DNA of 64,000 nucleotides from Bdellovibrionales bacterium (GTDB lineage Bacteria > Bdellovibrionota > Bdellovibrionia > Bdellovibrionales > JAMPXM01): positions 39,604 through 103,603 of the forward strand of contig JAYUEN010000286.1 in assembly GCA_043739185.1 (NCBI GenBank), in the 5' to 3' direction. This document shows positions 36,722 through 46,773 of the stretch, piece by piece; the first letter of the stretch is position 1, and each line of letters begins with the position of its first letter. A program made the translations under genes and the position numbers. Under the pieces are notes generated by a model. It saw only the letters and a program-made list of their open reading frames with translations, was not told the origin of the DNA and did not search any database.

Positions 36722-39544
36722 ATGGACTTGAAAAAAAATTTTAAAAAAGAAACTTTAGACGCCGTCTGTTCACGCGTTCACTATTTAACTACGCAAATGA
36801 TCAATCTTGCGAATCATCGAGCGGACAAAGAAAAAGGTGATCCAAAAGTTGGTGGCCACCCAGCCGCTTGCGCGAGTGCTTTGCACATCATGGGAGCCCT
36901 TCATCTGGTTGTGAAAACGGGATTTGATTATATTGCAAACAAACCTCATGCCGCGCCTGTGGACCATGCTTACAATTATGTTTTAAATTTGTTTCTCAAG
37001 CCTGATCTTTCACAACTCACACTAGAAGAAGCCAATCAAGCCATGCACGGACTTCGCGCCTTTTCGAAAGGCGGAGAATATGTTTTTCAATCCTATCACT
37101 CGGCATATGATTGTGACCATCATGGATATTTACCTTCAGGAACAGTTGGTATCCCACCAGTCAATGCTGGTTATTTAGCTCACGCTTATACGTTTTGCCG
37201 CGATCATGGATACGAAGTGCCAGACGCACATTTCTGGTCGATTCTCGGAGATTCTGAATTTCGTGAAGGTTCAGTATTTGAATGCACGCCTGAATTTGCC
37301 GAAAGAGAAATCGGAAATTTAACTTGGATCGTGGATTACAATCGTCAAAGTCTCGACGGCCATCGGATTACCAATAAAAACATAATGAACGGAACCGACG
37401 ATCAGAGGATCGAACGCACCATGCTCGCCAATGGCTGGGACGTGATTCAGCTACAACATGGCAAAAAACGCGAAGCCATATTTGCCAAGCCTGGCGGCGA
37501 AGTATTCAAAAAATTTCTTAGTGAAGATTTGCAGGATTACGAATTGCAGGCTCTGCTTATGCTTGAGAGTCCCGAGCAACTGAAAAAATTTGTGATTCAA
37601 GAACATCCGCAAATTAAAAAATTCGTAGAAAGCATTGCACCCCAAGTTTTTTTCGAAGCGCTTCATGATTTCGGCGGTCACGATATTTTGGCCTTAATTG
37701 AAGCCATGGAAAAAAGTAAGGTAAACAAACGAAAGCCCACCATTATCATCGCTCACACTTTAAAAGGCTGGGGCTTGAAATCGGCGGCCTCTCCCGGCAA
37801 TCACTCATCTCTTCCCGATCAAGATGAGATTCTTGAACTTCAGAAGAAACAGGGCCTCAAAGAAGAAGTTTTGTTTGCGCGCTTTGATGCTAAAACCAAT
37901 GAAGCAAAATTTTGCGCGGATCGAGGGGAAGAACTCTTAATTGACATACGTGCAGAAGCCAAATTGAGAGATAAAAACCGCGCCTACTTTGAAAAGCGCT
38001 TTCAAGAGTTTGGCGAACTGCCCCCATCCTTTGGAATCAATCTCAAAATGGCGAGTTTTCCCCACACCCAATGGATGCTTGGCCAGTGCACTGCCAAATT
38101 AACTCGAATTGCCAATACCAATGAGAAAATCAAAGCACTGCCCGCAGATGAAAAGCCCTGGAAATTACCGGGTGAGCTTATGGTATCAATGGCTCCTGAT
38201 GTTGGCACCAGCACTAACCTCAATCCCGCGATGGATGGTAAGATTTTTGGCGCTTTCACGATTCAAGATTATGAAACTGATTTTGGCGTCAAAGATAAAA
38301 AACTTCCTGATTTAATTCCTGGTGAAGAAGCTTCGGATCGCTTTATTCGATTTGAAATTGCCGAAGGCAATGTCACTTCTTGTGTCGGCTCTTACGGCCA
38401 AATGAGACGCATGCTCGGAATTCCGATTATTCCCCTCATGACCGTTTATGATTTCTTTGTGAAACGCGCGCACGATCAGTTTTTTTACAACCTCTATTGG
38501 CAATCTAGCTTTATTTTGATTGGTACCCCGTCGGGCGTAACGCTATCGCCAGAAGGAGCGCAACATGGCTGGAAATCAGATTTTCAAATTCCTAATCAGA
38601 TCACCTGGGAGCCTTTGTTTTGTATTGAACTCGAGTGGATTTTGGCTGATGCAATGAAAAGACATTTGACCTACGACAATGATGGCCGCTCAGGCGTTTT
38701 CATTCGTGGAGTCACACGCGGTATTGATCAAAAGCTCATGACGAATCTATTAAAAAAGCAGAAGCGCTTCAAGCAGGGGATCGGCCCAGACGTACTCTTG
38801 TCTGCAAAAACCCAAGCCATTCAAGGCGCCACCGATGAATCGACTCTTGAAACTGTTTCGGAAACTGAGATGCTCGAACAGATTCGCAGTGAAGTTTTAG
38901 GTGGTGGTTATTATCTGATCGATTATCGCTCTTACGCTGGCTATGAACCTGGGGACAATGTTGTCAATATTCTCGCTATGGGTTCGGTTGCAACCGAAGC
39001 CGTTCGTGCTTCCGACATTTTACTTGAAAGAGGCATTTACGCAAATGTGGTTGTGGTAACGAGTTCGGATCTGCTCACGGGCAATTTGGCCGCTCAATCT
39101 AATTTTGATTACTTAAAGAAGCAGTTGGGAATTGATGGCTCTCTTTACTTGAATCCGATCCCAAATGGTGGATCTATTGGAGCTGAAATCATGACCTTAG
39201 CTGGGAGACGAGTCCCGATAGTAAGTGTTCACGATGGTGAGCCCGGACTCTTAGATAATTTGGGTTCAATAGTTGGAGTACGACATGAATGCTTGGCTGT
39301 TCGAAAACATTCTAAATGTGGTCGCCCCGAAGAAATCTATCGCTATCATCATCTCGACGCAGATTCGATTGTAGAGGCCACCGGCAAAGTCTTATCTGAA
39401 ACTGCGCTTGAGCAGATTAAGTTGGGTACCAATGTTTTGCGCGAGGTCGCAGGTCTTGCTCAGACAACTCCCGCACAAACCTGGAAGGAATTGTGGCCGC
39501 AACTAACAATCGGCACCGCAGGTCATGTCCGCGATGACCACTGA
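36722..39544 (+). CDS. Homodimeric (AceE-like) ThDP-dependent 2-oxoacid dehydrogenase E1
   Basis: AGGAG SD, KVGGHPAACAS, TVGIPPV, GDSEFREG...DYNRQSLDG ThDP motif, TLKGWG, EIAEGN, GVTLSPEGAQH. Confidence 0.85.
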   Translation: MDLKKNFKKETLDAVCSRVHYLTTQMINLANHRADKEKGDPKVGGHPAACASALHIMGALHLVVKTGFDYIANKPHAAPVDHAYNYVLNLFLKPDLSQLTLEEANQAMHGLRAFSKGGEYVFQSYHSAYDCDHHGYLPSGTVGIPPVNAGYLAHAYTFCRDHGYEVPDAHFWSILGDSEFREGSVFECTPEFAEREIGNLTWIVDYNRQSLDGHRITNKNIMNGTDDQRIERTMLANGWDVIQLQHGKKREAIFAKPGGEVFKKFLSEDLQDYELQALLMLESPEQLKKFVIQEHPQIKKFVESIAPQVFFEALHDFGGHDILALIEAMEKSKVNKRKPTIIIAHTLKGWGLKSAASPGNHSSLPDQDEILELQKKQGLKEEVLFARFDAKTNEAKFCADRGEELLIDIRAEAKLRDKNRAYFEKRFQEFGELPPSFGINLKMASFPHTQWMLGQCTAKLTRIANTNEKIKALPADEKPWKLPGELMVSMAPDVGTSTNLNPAMDGKIFGAFTIQDYETDFGVKDKKLPDLIPGEEASDRFIRFEIAEGNVTSCVGSYGQMRRMLGIPIIPLMTVYDFFVKRAHDQFFYNLYWQSSFILIGTPSGVTLSPEGAQHGWKSDFQIPNQITWEPLFCIELEWILADAMKRHLTYDNDGRSGVFIRGVTRGIDQKLMTNLLKKQKRFKQGIGPDVLLSAKTQAIQGATDESTLETVSETEMLEQIRSEVLGGGYYLIDYRSYAGYEPGDNVVNILAMGSVATEAVRASDILLERGIYANVVVVTSSDLLTGNLAAQSNFDYLKKQLGIDGSLYLNPIPNGGSIGAEIMTLAGRRVPIVSVHDGEPGLLDNLGSIVGVRHECLAVRKHSKCGRPEEIYRYHHLDADSIVEATGKVLSETALEQIKLGTNVLREVAGLAQTTPAQTWKELWPQLTIGTAGHVRDDH

Positions 39545-40280
39545 TCTTCCCTATGAGGGCGAATGGAGTTTTGCTTCCAAGAGAAAATTCGATGCCACGG
39601 TGATTTTCGTTCATCATTTTGGAGGATCGAAGCGCAGCCTCTTAAGACATGCGCGTTTGCTCAATGAGTTGGGCTTTGATTGTGTGCGATTTAATTTGAA
39701 ATACAATATGACTCAAGCACCGAAAAGCCTTTCTCTTTTGGGAGATTTCAAGCTTGGCCTTCGTCGAATTTGGGCCGACCAGATTCAAGACATTTTGAAT
39801 TTAGTTCCGGGACCAAAGATTCTTTTTAGTTTTTCAATGCCCGGGGCTGCCGCTGTTGAAGCCATTGCAAGAAGAAATGCCCATCAAATTATGGGATTCA
39901 TTTGTGACAGCGGTCCGTTTTTGCAAATCACCGAAGCCACCTGGAAGCTTTATAAATTTGCCTACAAAATTGAAAATCCTTTGCTCAGGGCTTTTTATAC
40001 TGCATTGTCATTTTCAATGTGGGGAATCAATTTCAAATCTGAAATTAAATCTTACTTCAAATCATTTCCCAAGCAGTTTCGAATTCTTTCAATCCGAAGT
40101 GGCGCCGATCGCTTGGTCGCGCTTTCAGCTATTGATGCGTTTTTTGCTTTAGCCAACAACTGCAATATCGAAGTCCTTAATATCGCAAACGCCGATCATT
40201 TAGAGGGCCTAAAAAATTACTCTCAAGTTTACGTTTCAAATCTCAATGTCTTTCTCGAAAGCCTGTTTCTTAAAGCTTAA
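39534..40280 (+). CDS. Alpha/beta-hydrolase-fold protein
   Basis: VIFVHHFGGS, SFSMPG elbow, ICDSGP, GADRLV, ADHLEG. Confidence 0.7.
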   Translation: MTTDLPYEGEWSFASKRKFDATVIFVHHFGGSKRSLLRHARLLNELGFDCVRFNLKYNMTQAPKSLSLLGDFKLGLRRIWADQIQDILNLVPGPKILFSFSMPGAAAVEAIARRNAHQIMGFICDSGPFLQITEATWKLYKFAYKIENPLLRAFYTALSFSMWGINFKSEIKSYFKSFPKQFRILSIRSGADRLVALSAIDAFFALANNCNIEVLNIANADHLEGLKNYSQVYVSNLNVFLESLFLKA

Positions 40281-41020
40281 AAATACACTTCGTATTCGAG
40301 GCGTACATTTGCAATGCGTTTTTCAGTTTTGTCATTCAGACCAAATCCCAGCCCTAAATCCAATTTTAAGTTATTGATCAATAAAACTTGGCAAGCCGGC
40401 ATCAGCAGGGCGTCTTGATCTGTAAACCCCTCGAATAAATCAAGGTGGGGCTTGAAACTTTCGTTTAAGCGATAAGCAATACTGGTCGAAAGGCCAAAAA
40501 CTATTTGCCAAGTCTTCGCTGTTGCATTGGGATCTTTCTCATCCAACTGGTGTTCGAATTCGATTTGTGGATTCAGGCTGAGCGTCCACTTTGAAAAATC
40601 TTTTTCAAGAATGGGTTTCAATTCGAAAGCCATATCTTTGTTATCCGAATCTTTTGGTAGTTCGACTTCAATATAAGCTCCGAAATCAACCGGAAGCTCT
40701 CCTTTTTCATAAAAATAAGTCCGCGCATGAAAGCGAAAGTCTTTGTATTGCATTCTCTCATCCGGAAGACGCTGATAATCTACATAAGCTGCCAGTTCGA
40801 TCCGATCGCTGATTCCATAATTGATTTCAAATGCCGAACGCAAAATGCGGCTCTGCACCCCTGGCTGATCATCACTACTGGCCGAAGTTGAATTTTCAAT
40901 TTCTAATTCGTGCAAGCTCGCCGTTTTATAGGGATAGACTCCGAGCTCATTGTATTCGATGGCTCGCGCTTGGTTGATTCCACAAAACAACAATAGGATG
41001 AGTATTAAGTTGCCCTTCAA
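40277..41020 (-). CDS. Putative outer-membrane beta-barrel co-operonic with FTR1
   Basis: TTG start overlaps the FTR1 stop (TTGA). Signal peptide ending ARA, alternating amphipathic strands, C-terminal RLEYEVYF. Confidence 0.65.
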   Translation of the reverse strand: MKGNLILILLLFCGINQARAIEYNELGVYPYKTASLHELEIENSTSASSDDQPGVQSRILRSAFEINYGISDRIELAAYVDYQRLPDERMQYKDFRFHARTYFYEKGELPVDFGAYIEVELPKDSDNKDMAFELKPILEKDFSKWTLSLNPQIEFEHQLDEKDPNATAKTWQIVFGLSTSIAYRLNESFKPHLDLFEGFTDQDALLMPACQVLLINNLKLDLGLGFGLNDKTEKRIANVRLEYEVYF

Positions 41021-41856
41021 GCGAATTGCCCTTTCATAAAATTCTTGATTTTCAATTTTCCAAATAAAAATACCAATGCCCAAAAGCCCAGATAAAATAG
41101 CACTTCAGATAAAGTCGGTCTTGGATTGTAGCCACAGATTGCTTTGAAAATTCCGACGATGAAGCCCTCGGAATCGAACCACTTAGTAATGTCCCAAACG
41201 GGCTCGATCAAACCAGAGATTAAATTCTCAGCTACTAATTTACCGATCGCACTCGCGCCAAGGCCTGCGGCCGACAGCAGCAGCAAAACACTTGTTAGAT
41301 TAAAAAACAGCTGCGTCTTAAGATGTCTCAATCCCTTTGATAGAAAATAAAACATGAAACTAGCGAGCACAAAGCCAAGCGATACACTCAAAACCATAGC
41401 TGCAAAACTTGCACTTTTTTCGAGTGCTAACCCGTAAATATATATGACTGCTTCGGATCCTTCGCGACCAACGGCGAGCGCGGCTACCGAAGCAATGCCT
41501 AAAAAGCGTGGCTTCGCGAGGGCCTGCTGCAGATTTTGTTCAACTTCACGCTTTAAAGATTTGGCGTGCTTTCGCATCCAAAAAACCATCTGGGTCATAA
41601 GCCCACAACTTAAAAATAATATGCAGACTTGAAAATAAATTTGGGCCTCACCTGAAAACCACTTTGCCGCACTCAAAATTGAAAGTGCAATAAGGAAGCT
41701 CAACAAGATCCCTGCGCCCACTCCCTTCCACATTGCCGGTAAGGCTTTGGAATTTGTTTTAAGCAGAAATGAATTAAGTATTGCAATTATTAAAATGGCT
41801 TCTAAAGCTTCTCGCCAAACTACGAAAACGGCCTGCCACTGTATAAATTGATTCAT
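41017..41856 (-). CDS. FTR1/EfeU/FtrC-family iron permease
   Basis: Two RExxE motifs (WREALEA, GREGSEA), QMVFWMRKH. Confidence 0.93.
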   Translation of the reverse strand: MNQFIQWQAVFVVWREALEAILIIAILNSFLLKTNSKALPAMWKGVGAGILLSFLIALSILSAAKWFSGEAQIYFQVCILFLSCGLMTQMVFWMRKHAKSLKREVEQNLQQALAKPRFLGIASVAALAVGREGSEAVIYIYGLALEKSASFAAMVLSVSLGFVLASFMFYFLSKGLRHLKTQLFFNLTSVLLLLSAAGLGASAIGKLVAENLISGLIEPVWDITKWFDSEGFIVGIFKAICGYNPRPTLSEVLFYLGFWALVFLFGKLKIKNFMKGQFA

Positions 41857-41866
41857 ATCTCCCCAT

Positions 41867-42211
41867 TTACTTTACTATGATTTTGCCACGCGCGCTGTCT
41901 TTGTGAAAATCCCCAAAAAACTTATATTCTCCCTTAGACAGCGGCCCAATATAAAGAATGATGGTGGCACCAGGAGGAAGCACTTTTTCTCGATTGAGCT
42001 CAACACTTTCAAATTCTTCAGCTGTGCTTCCTGAGTTTTGCACTTCTAATTTGATTTTCTCTTCTGCAGGAATTTCAATAGTGATGGGACTGAATACGCC
42101 ATCTTTAACTGTAAGATGAAAACTCTTAAGCTCACCAGACTGCACCCAACTGAGTGGGGCAAAGCTCAATACTATAGAAAAAAGGCTTAATTTTAAGTTT
42201 GAGATTTTCAA
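41867..42211 (-). CDS. Periplasmic cupredoxin-domain protein (FtrB/EfeO N-terminal-like)
   Basis: Signal peptide, AEEFES..LNREKVLPPG, GEYKFFGDFH. Confidence 0.88.
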   Translation of the reverse strand: MKISNLKLSLFSIVLSFAPLSWVQSGELKSFHLTVKDGVFSPITIEIPAEEKIKLEVQNSGSTAEEFESVELNREKVLPPGATIILYIGPLSKGEYKFFGDFHKDSARGKIIVK

Positions 42212-42230
42212 GTAACTGGACCTCTTTGGT

Positions 42231-42249
42231 TATGAGAATCACTCTCATA
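42231..42249. promoter_or_regulatory. Fur-box-like 7-1-7 palindrome upstream of the cupredoxin-FTR1 operon
   Basis: TATGAGAAT-C-ACTCTCATA compared with consensus TGATAAT-N-ATTATCA, about 20 bp upstream of the start. Confidence 0.75.
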
Positions 42250-42369
42250 TAGCTACCTGAATGAGCCGAAGTCAAATTCTGCCGTCCGATTTTACAAGAG
42301 TGAAAATGGATTAAAAACCAATTGAACGCCAATTGATTTTCCCTAGCCGTCAGCCTATTAGTTTGAGTT

Positions 42370-43026
42370 TCAAAATTCTTTGACTGCGATACTCAAGCCT
42401 TCGCTCGTTGGAACCAAAATTGAAGTGTATTTTTCGACATCACTTAAGCGCAGATTGAAGTCACGCATCACTTCAAGCTGTTTTTTTGAAGCACGATTAA
42501 CTGCGCCGCCTGCTACCTCACCCCAAAGTAAAGTATTGTCCGCGATGATAAGACCGCCCTTTCGAATGTTTTTTTCAGCCCATTCGAGCACTGAAATATA
42601 GCCGGCTTTATTGTGATCAATAAATACCGCATCAAAAGGTGAATCTTGAGAAAGCTTTTTAAGCTGATCATCTACTTCTCCAGCTAAAAGACTAATCTGA
42701 GTGCTCACTTTTAATTCTTGAAAACTAAGCAATGCCTCTTTGGCAGCTACCAAATCTCGCTCGATGGTAAAAATATGGGCATCTTTGGGGAGGGCTTTGA
42801 GCATTTGAATGGCTGAGTATCCAAAAAGTGTTCCACACTCAACAATCTTTTTTGGTTGGTACAGTCGAAAAAGGATCTTGATCAATTGCACTTCGACGAC
42901 TCCAACATTGATTCCGAGACGCCCACTAGACTCTAATCGCTCGAGTACAGAGCCTAAGCCTTGATCTTGCGATTCATAGAGCTGCTGAATGTATTTATAA
43001 ATTGGGTCGGGAGTTTGCGATCTCAT
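42370..43026 (-). CDS. Class I SAM-dependent O-methyltransferase (CCoAOMT/TrmR-like)
   Basis: IVECGTLFGYSA, FDAVFIDHNK, GGLIIADNTLLWG. Confidence 0.9.
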   Translation of the reverse strand: MRSQTPDPIYKYIQQLYESQDQGLGSVLERLESSGRLGINVGVVEVQLIKILFRLYQPKKIVECGTLFGYSAIQMLKALPKDAHIFTIERDLVAAKEALLSFQELKVSTQISLLAGEVDDQLKKLSQDSPFDAVFIDHNKAGYISVLEWAEKNIRKGGLIIADNTLLWGEVAGGAVNRASKKQLEVMRDFNLRLSDVEKYTSILVPTSEGLSIAVKEF

Positions 43027-43055
43027 AATTTGATTTGATCCTATCTTGCTGGGGT

Positions 43056-43084
43056 TTGACAATTTCAAAGCTTCCAAATAGAAA
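43056..43084 (+). promoter_or_regulatory. Sigma70-like promoter of the peptide ABC operon
   Basis: TTGACA (43056-61), 17 nt, TAGAAA. The same arrangement lies upstream of rplM at 31184-31212. Confidence 0.45.
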
Positions 43085-43138
43085 TCAAGCTGGTATCTAG
43101 GTCACAATTCGTGACTTGAAATTTGGGAGATTGAAACA

Positions 43139-44893
43139 ATGTCAAAATGGATTCTCGGCTTAATCAGCTTTAGTTTAATATTAACATCTTGTACGAAAAA
43201 GTCAGATGAAAATGACAACGGAATTTATATTCCGGTACGTGCCGCCGTAAAGGGTTTCGACCCCGTTCATGGGAGCGATATTTATTCTTCTACGGTAATC
43301 GCCCAGGTATATGAGGGCCTACTTCGTTATCATTATTTAAAGCGTCCATATGAAGTCATTCCTTCTTTGGCTGATGGTATGCCGAGCATCACCGACAATG
43401 GCCTTACCTATACCTTTAAGATTCGAAAAGGCATCAAATACCATGATGACCCTGCTTTTCCTGGCGGAAAGGGGCGCGATCTAGTTGCGCAAGATTTTAT
43501 TTACTCCTTTCGAAGATTGGCTGACCCTGCGACTTTAAATGACGGTTTTTGGATTCTCGACGGAAAAATTAAGGGCTTGAACGAATGGGTTGCCCAATTG
43601 AAAGATAAAAAGGCTGATTATTCTACTCCAATTGAAGGCTTGCAAGCACCGGATGCCAATACTTTGATAATCAAATTGAATCAGCCATACTATCAATTAC
43701 TTTATGTTTTGACTCTTCCCTATACCTTCGCTGTCCCCAAAGAAGTGGTTGATAAATACGGAAATGAATTTCTCAATCACCCGGTGGGCACCGGCCCATA
43801 TATGTTTGATTCATGGGTACGAAATTCAAAAATCGTATTGAAACGTTTTGCCGGTTACCATGCAGAGACCTATCCAGCAGAAGGCGCGCCTGGCGATAAA
43901 GAAGCGGGCCTTTTGGGCGACGCTGGTAAGCCTATCCCATTTGCAGATAAATTGGTTTTTGTCGAAATGCCCGAAGATGCTCCGAGATGGCAAAACTTTA
44001 TGAAGGGAAATTTCGATTTTGGAGAACTCCCTCCTGACAACTACGATGCCATGATTCTCGATAAAAAGGTGCGCCCTGAAAACGCCGCCAAAGGAATGAA
44101 ACTAAGTATCACCTCTGGCGATGATTATACCTATGTATCGATGAATATGAAGGATCCGATCTTAGGGAAAAATCGTGATCTCAGACGCGCCATGAGCTTG
44201 GCCCATGATTCACAAGGTGTAGCAACAAAGTTTCAAAATGGTCATGCCATTCCTGCGCATGGTCCTATTCCTCCGGATGTTCCCGGTTATGAATCGAACT
44301 TTGTAAATCCTTATCAAAAACTCGATCTTGAAGAGGCTAAAAAGCTAATGGCAAAAGCGGGCTATCCTGGAGGCAAGGGACTACCTGAACTCACTTTCGA
44401 ATCTATTTCAGACTCAAAAAATCGCCAGCAAGCAGAGTATTTTCAACAAAATATGGCGGCAATCGGAATTAAAGTTGTGATCAATTCAAATACTTGGCCG
44501 CAATTTCAAGACAAAATCAAAAATATGAAAGCACAAATTTTTGGAATTTCTTGGACAGCTGATTATCCAGATGGCCAGGATTTCTTGCAACTTTTCTACT
44601 CTAAGAATATCAGCCCTGGTCCAAATGATTCGAACTTTTCTAATCCAGAATTCGATAAGTTGTATGAGAAGTCGCTGCTCTTGCCACCAGGAAATGAACG
44701 CGATCAGCTTTACCACAAAATGCGAGATATCGTGGCTGAAGAGGTCCCCCAGATATTAGAACTGCATCGACAATTTTATATTATTCGTCAAGGCTGGCTC
44801 GATAACTTTAAATTTTCATATATGATTTTAGATTTTCCAAAATATATGAAAGTGGATGCTAAAAAGCGCGCAGAACTTAAAGCTAAATTGTAA
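43139..44893 (+). CDS. Peptide ABC transporter substrate-binding lipoprotein (OppA/DppA family)
   Basis: Lipobox LTSC, VYEGLL, YTFKIRKGIKYHD, PVGTGPY, WTADYPD. Confidence 0.93.
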   Translation: MSKWILGLISFSLILTSCTKKSDENDNGIYIPVRAAVKGFDPVHGSDIYSSTVIAQVYEGLLRYHYLKRPYEVIPSLADGMPSITDNGLTYTFKIRKGIKYHDDPAFPGGKGRDLVAQDFIYSFRRLADPATLNDGFWILDGKIKGLNEWVAQLKDKKADYSTPIEGLQAPDANTLIIKLNQPYYQLLYVLTLPYTFAVPKEVVDKYGNEFLNHPVGTGPYMFDSWVRNSKIVLKRFAGYHAETYPAEGAPGDKEAGLLGDAGKPIPFADKLVFVEMPEDAPRWQNFMKGNFDFGELPPDNYDAMILDKKVRPENAAKGMKLSITSGDDYTYVSMNMKDPILGKNRDLRRAMSLAHDSQGVATKFQNGHAIPAHGPIPPDVPGYESNFVNPYQKLDLEEAKKLMAKAGYPGGKGLPELTFESISDSKNRQQAEYFQQNMAAIGIKVVINSNTWPQFQDKIKNMKAQIFGISWTADYPDGQDFLQLFYSKNISPGPNDSNFSNPEFDKLYEKSLLLPPGNERDQLYHKMRDIVAEEVPQILELHRQFYIIRQGWLDNFKFSYMILDFPKYMKVDAKKRAELKAKL

Positions 44894-44905
44894 AGGGACA
44901 TTTGT

Positions 44906-45841
44906 ATTTTTATCTATAGCCTACGCAGAACAATTTATATGATTCCGATCCTTTTCGGAATCACACTGCTGACATTTTGCCTATTCAATGTTTTTGGCGG
45001 CGATCCGGCCTTGAGATTTGCTGGCCGACATGCGACCCCTGAAATCATTGAAACCCTAAGAGCTGAGCTTGGCTTGAATCGCAGCATGCCCGAACAATAT
45101 TTATTTTTTGTAAAACAGATTGTGACTTTTGACTACGGTCGAAGCTGGGCGACGAAACAAACCATCGCCACTATGATTGGTGATGGCATTGGGGCTTCTT
45201 TATGTTTGACGATTCCTGTCGAAATTTTTTCGATTTTGTTTTGTATTGGACTCGCACTACTTGCAGTCTACAATCGCGCCAAGCTATTTGATAAAGCGAC
45301 CATGGTCATTTGTTTGGGACTACTCAGCATTAGCTCTTTGGTATACATCATCGTACTGCAGTATGGTCTGGCTTATAAATTTGGAATATTTCCGATTTCT
45401 GGTTGGGATCCTGATTGGATTGGGCGCTGGCAGTTTTTATTACTTCCTTGGCTGATTTTATTTACTCTTAATGTTGGCCCAAGTATTTTAATTTATCGAA
45501 GTGTCATAACAGATGAGCTTTTTCAGGATTATGTACGCACCGCAAGAGCAAAAGGCGTTAGCCAGCATCTTGTATTTACCAAACATATTTTGAAAAATGC
45601 TATGATCCCAATTATCACTATTATTGTAATTGAATTACCCTTTATCATTACCGGAACTTTTTTGGTTGAACATTTTTTCAGTATCCCAGGACTTGGCGGC
45701 CTATTGATCAAAGCCTTTCAAGATTCTGACTTTCCGGTCATTAAGGCCATGACTGTTATTGTTTCGATTCTTTATATGTTGCTGAGTTTATTTGCTGATA
45801 TTATTTATGCGGCCGTTGATCCGCGAATTAAGTTGAGTTGA
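44906..45841 (+). CDS. Peptide ABC permease (OppB/DppB); probable ATT start at 44906, first in-frame ATG at 44939
   Basis: DYVRTARAKG EAA loop, GDPA, HILKNAM, DPRIK. The in-frame upstream extension IFIYSLRR matches the conserved N-terminus. Confidence 0.9.
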   Translation: MFIYSLRRTIYMIPILFGITLLTFCLFNVFGGDPALRFAGRHATPEIIETLRAELGLNRSMPEQYLFFVKQIVTFDYGRSWATKQTIATMIGDGIGASLCLTIPVEIFSILFCIGLALLAVYNRAKLFDKATMVICLGLLSISSLVYIIVLQYGLAYKFGIFPISGWDPDWIGRWQFLLLPWLILFTLNVGPSILIYRSVITDELFQDYVRTARAKGVSQHLVFTKHILKNAMIPIITIIVIELPFIITGTFLVEHFFSIPGLGGLLIKAFQDSDFPVIKAMTVIVSILYMLLSLFADIIYAAVDPRIKLS

Positions 45842-46758
45842 TTATGTTAAGTGAAGCCGCAGAAAGTTCTGCTTTGATATCTGACAATAATCGAAATTCA
45901 AACGCCCGAAATTCTTTATGGTGGGATGCCTATCGAAGACTTAAACGCGATAAAGTTGCTGTCATTAGTTTTTATGTGATTTTGCTTTATTGCCTACTTG
46001 CGCTGGCAGCGAAATTGGGCCTTATTTTTCCGAATTACGCTTTACCAAACCAAGGTGCTCCGTATGGAGATGCTAGCCTGACTCATCCATTTGGTTTTGA
46101 TCTATTCGGCCGCGATATTTTATCGCGCGCGGTTCATGGTATTGCGACTGCCATGAGCGTCGGGCTCGTATCTTCAACAATTTCCCTCTTTATTGGTATG
46201 AGTCTCGGTGCGCTCGCCGGCTACTTTGGTGGCAAGGTCGACGCCCTTGTGACTTGGTTGTATACCACTGTCGATTCGGTGCCTTATATCTTATTGGTGC
46301 CTTCTCTGTCCTTCGTTATGGGTCGCGGACTGACGACAGTATTTATTGCGGTTGGACTCACTTCTTGGGTAACCCTTTGCCGACTGGTGCGTGCAGAATT
46401 TCTAAAGCACAAAGAAAAAGAATATGTCGTTGCGGCCAATGCTCTTGGAGCAAGCCACTTTCGACGGATTTTCAATCACATTTTCCCGAATGTGACCCAT
46501 ATTGCCTTTGTGCAATTTGGTCTAGGATTTGTTTCTGCTATTAAATTCGAAGTGATTTTAAGTTATATTGGGCTTGGAGTCGATCCGAGTGTGCCCTCTT
46601 GGGGAATCATGATCGAAGATGCAGCACTTGAAATGGCACGCCCATTTTTTGGAAATTTATTTGCAGGTACCATTTTTATGTTCGGTCTGATTCTTTCGTT
46701 TAATTTATTCAATGATGCCCTAAGAGAAGCTCTCGATCCGAAACTTAAAAATAGATAG
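45838..46758 (+). CDS. Peptide ABC permease (OppC/DppC)
   Basis: HPFGFDLFGRDILSR, EYVVAANALGA, PSWG, DALREALDPK. Confidence 0.93.
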   Translation: MIMLSEAAESSALISDNNRNSNARNSLWWDAYRRLKRDKVAVISFYVILLYCLLALAAKLGLIFPNYALPNQGAPYGDASLTHPFGFDLFGRDILSRAVHGIATAMSVGLVSSTISLFIGMSLGALAGYFGGKVDALVTWLYTTVDSVPYILLVPSLSFVMGRGLTTVFIAVGLTSWVTLCRLVRAEFLKHKEKEYVVAANALGASHFRRIFNHIFPNVTHIAFVQFGLGFVSAIKFEVILSYIGLGVDPSVPSWGIMIEDAALEMARPFFGNLFAGTIFMFGLILSFNLFNDALREALDPKLKNR

Positions 46759-46773
46759 TGCGAGGTAAGTGAA

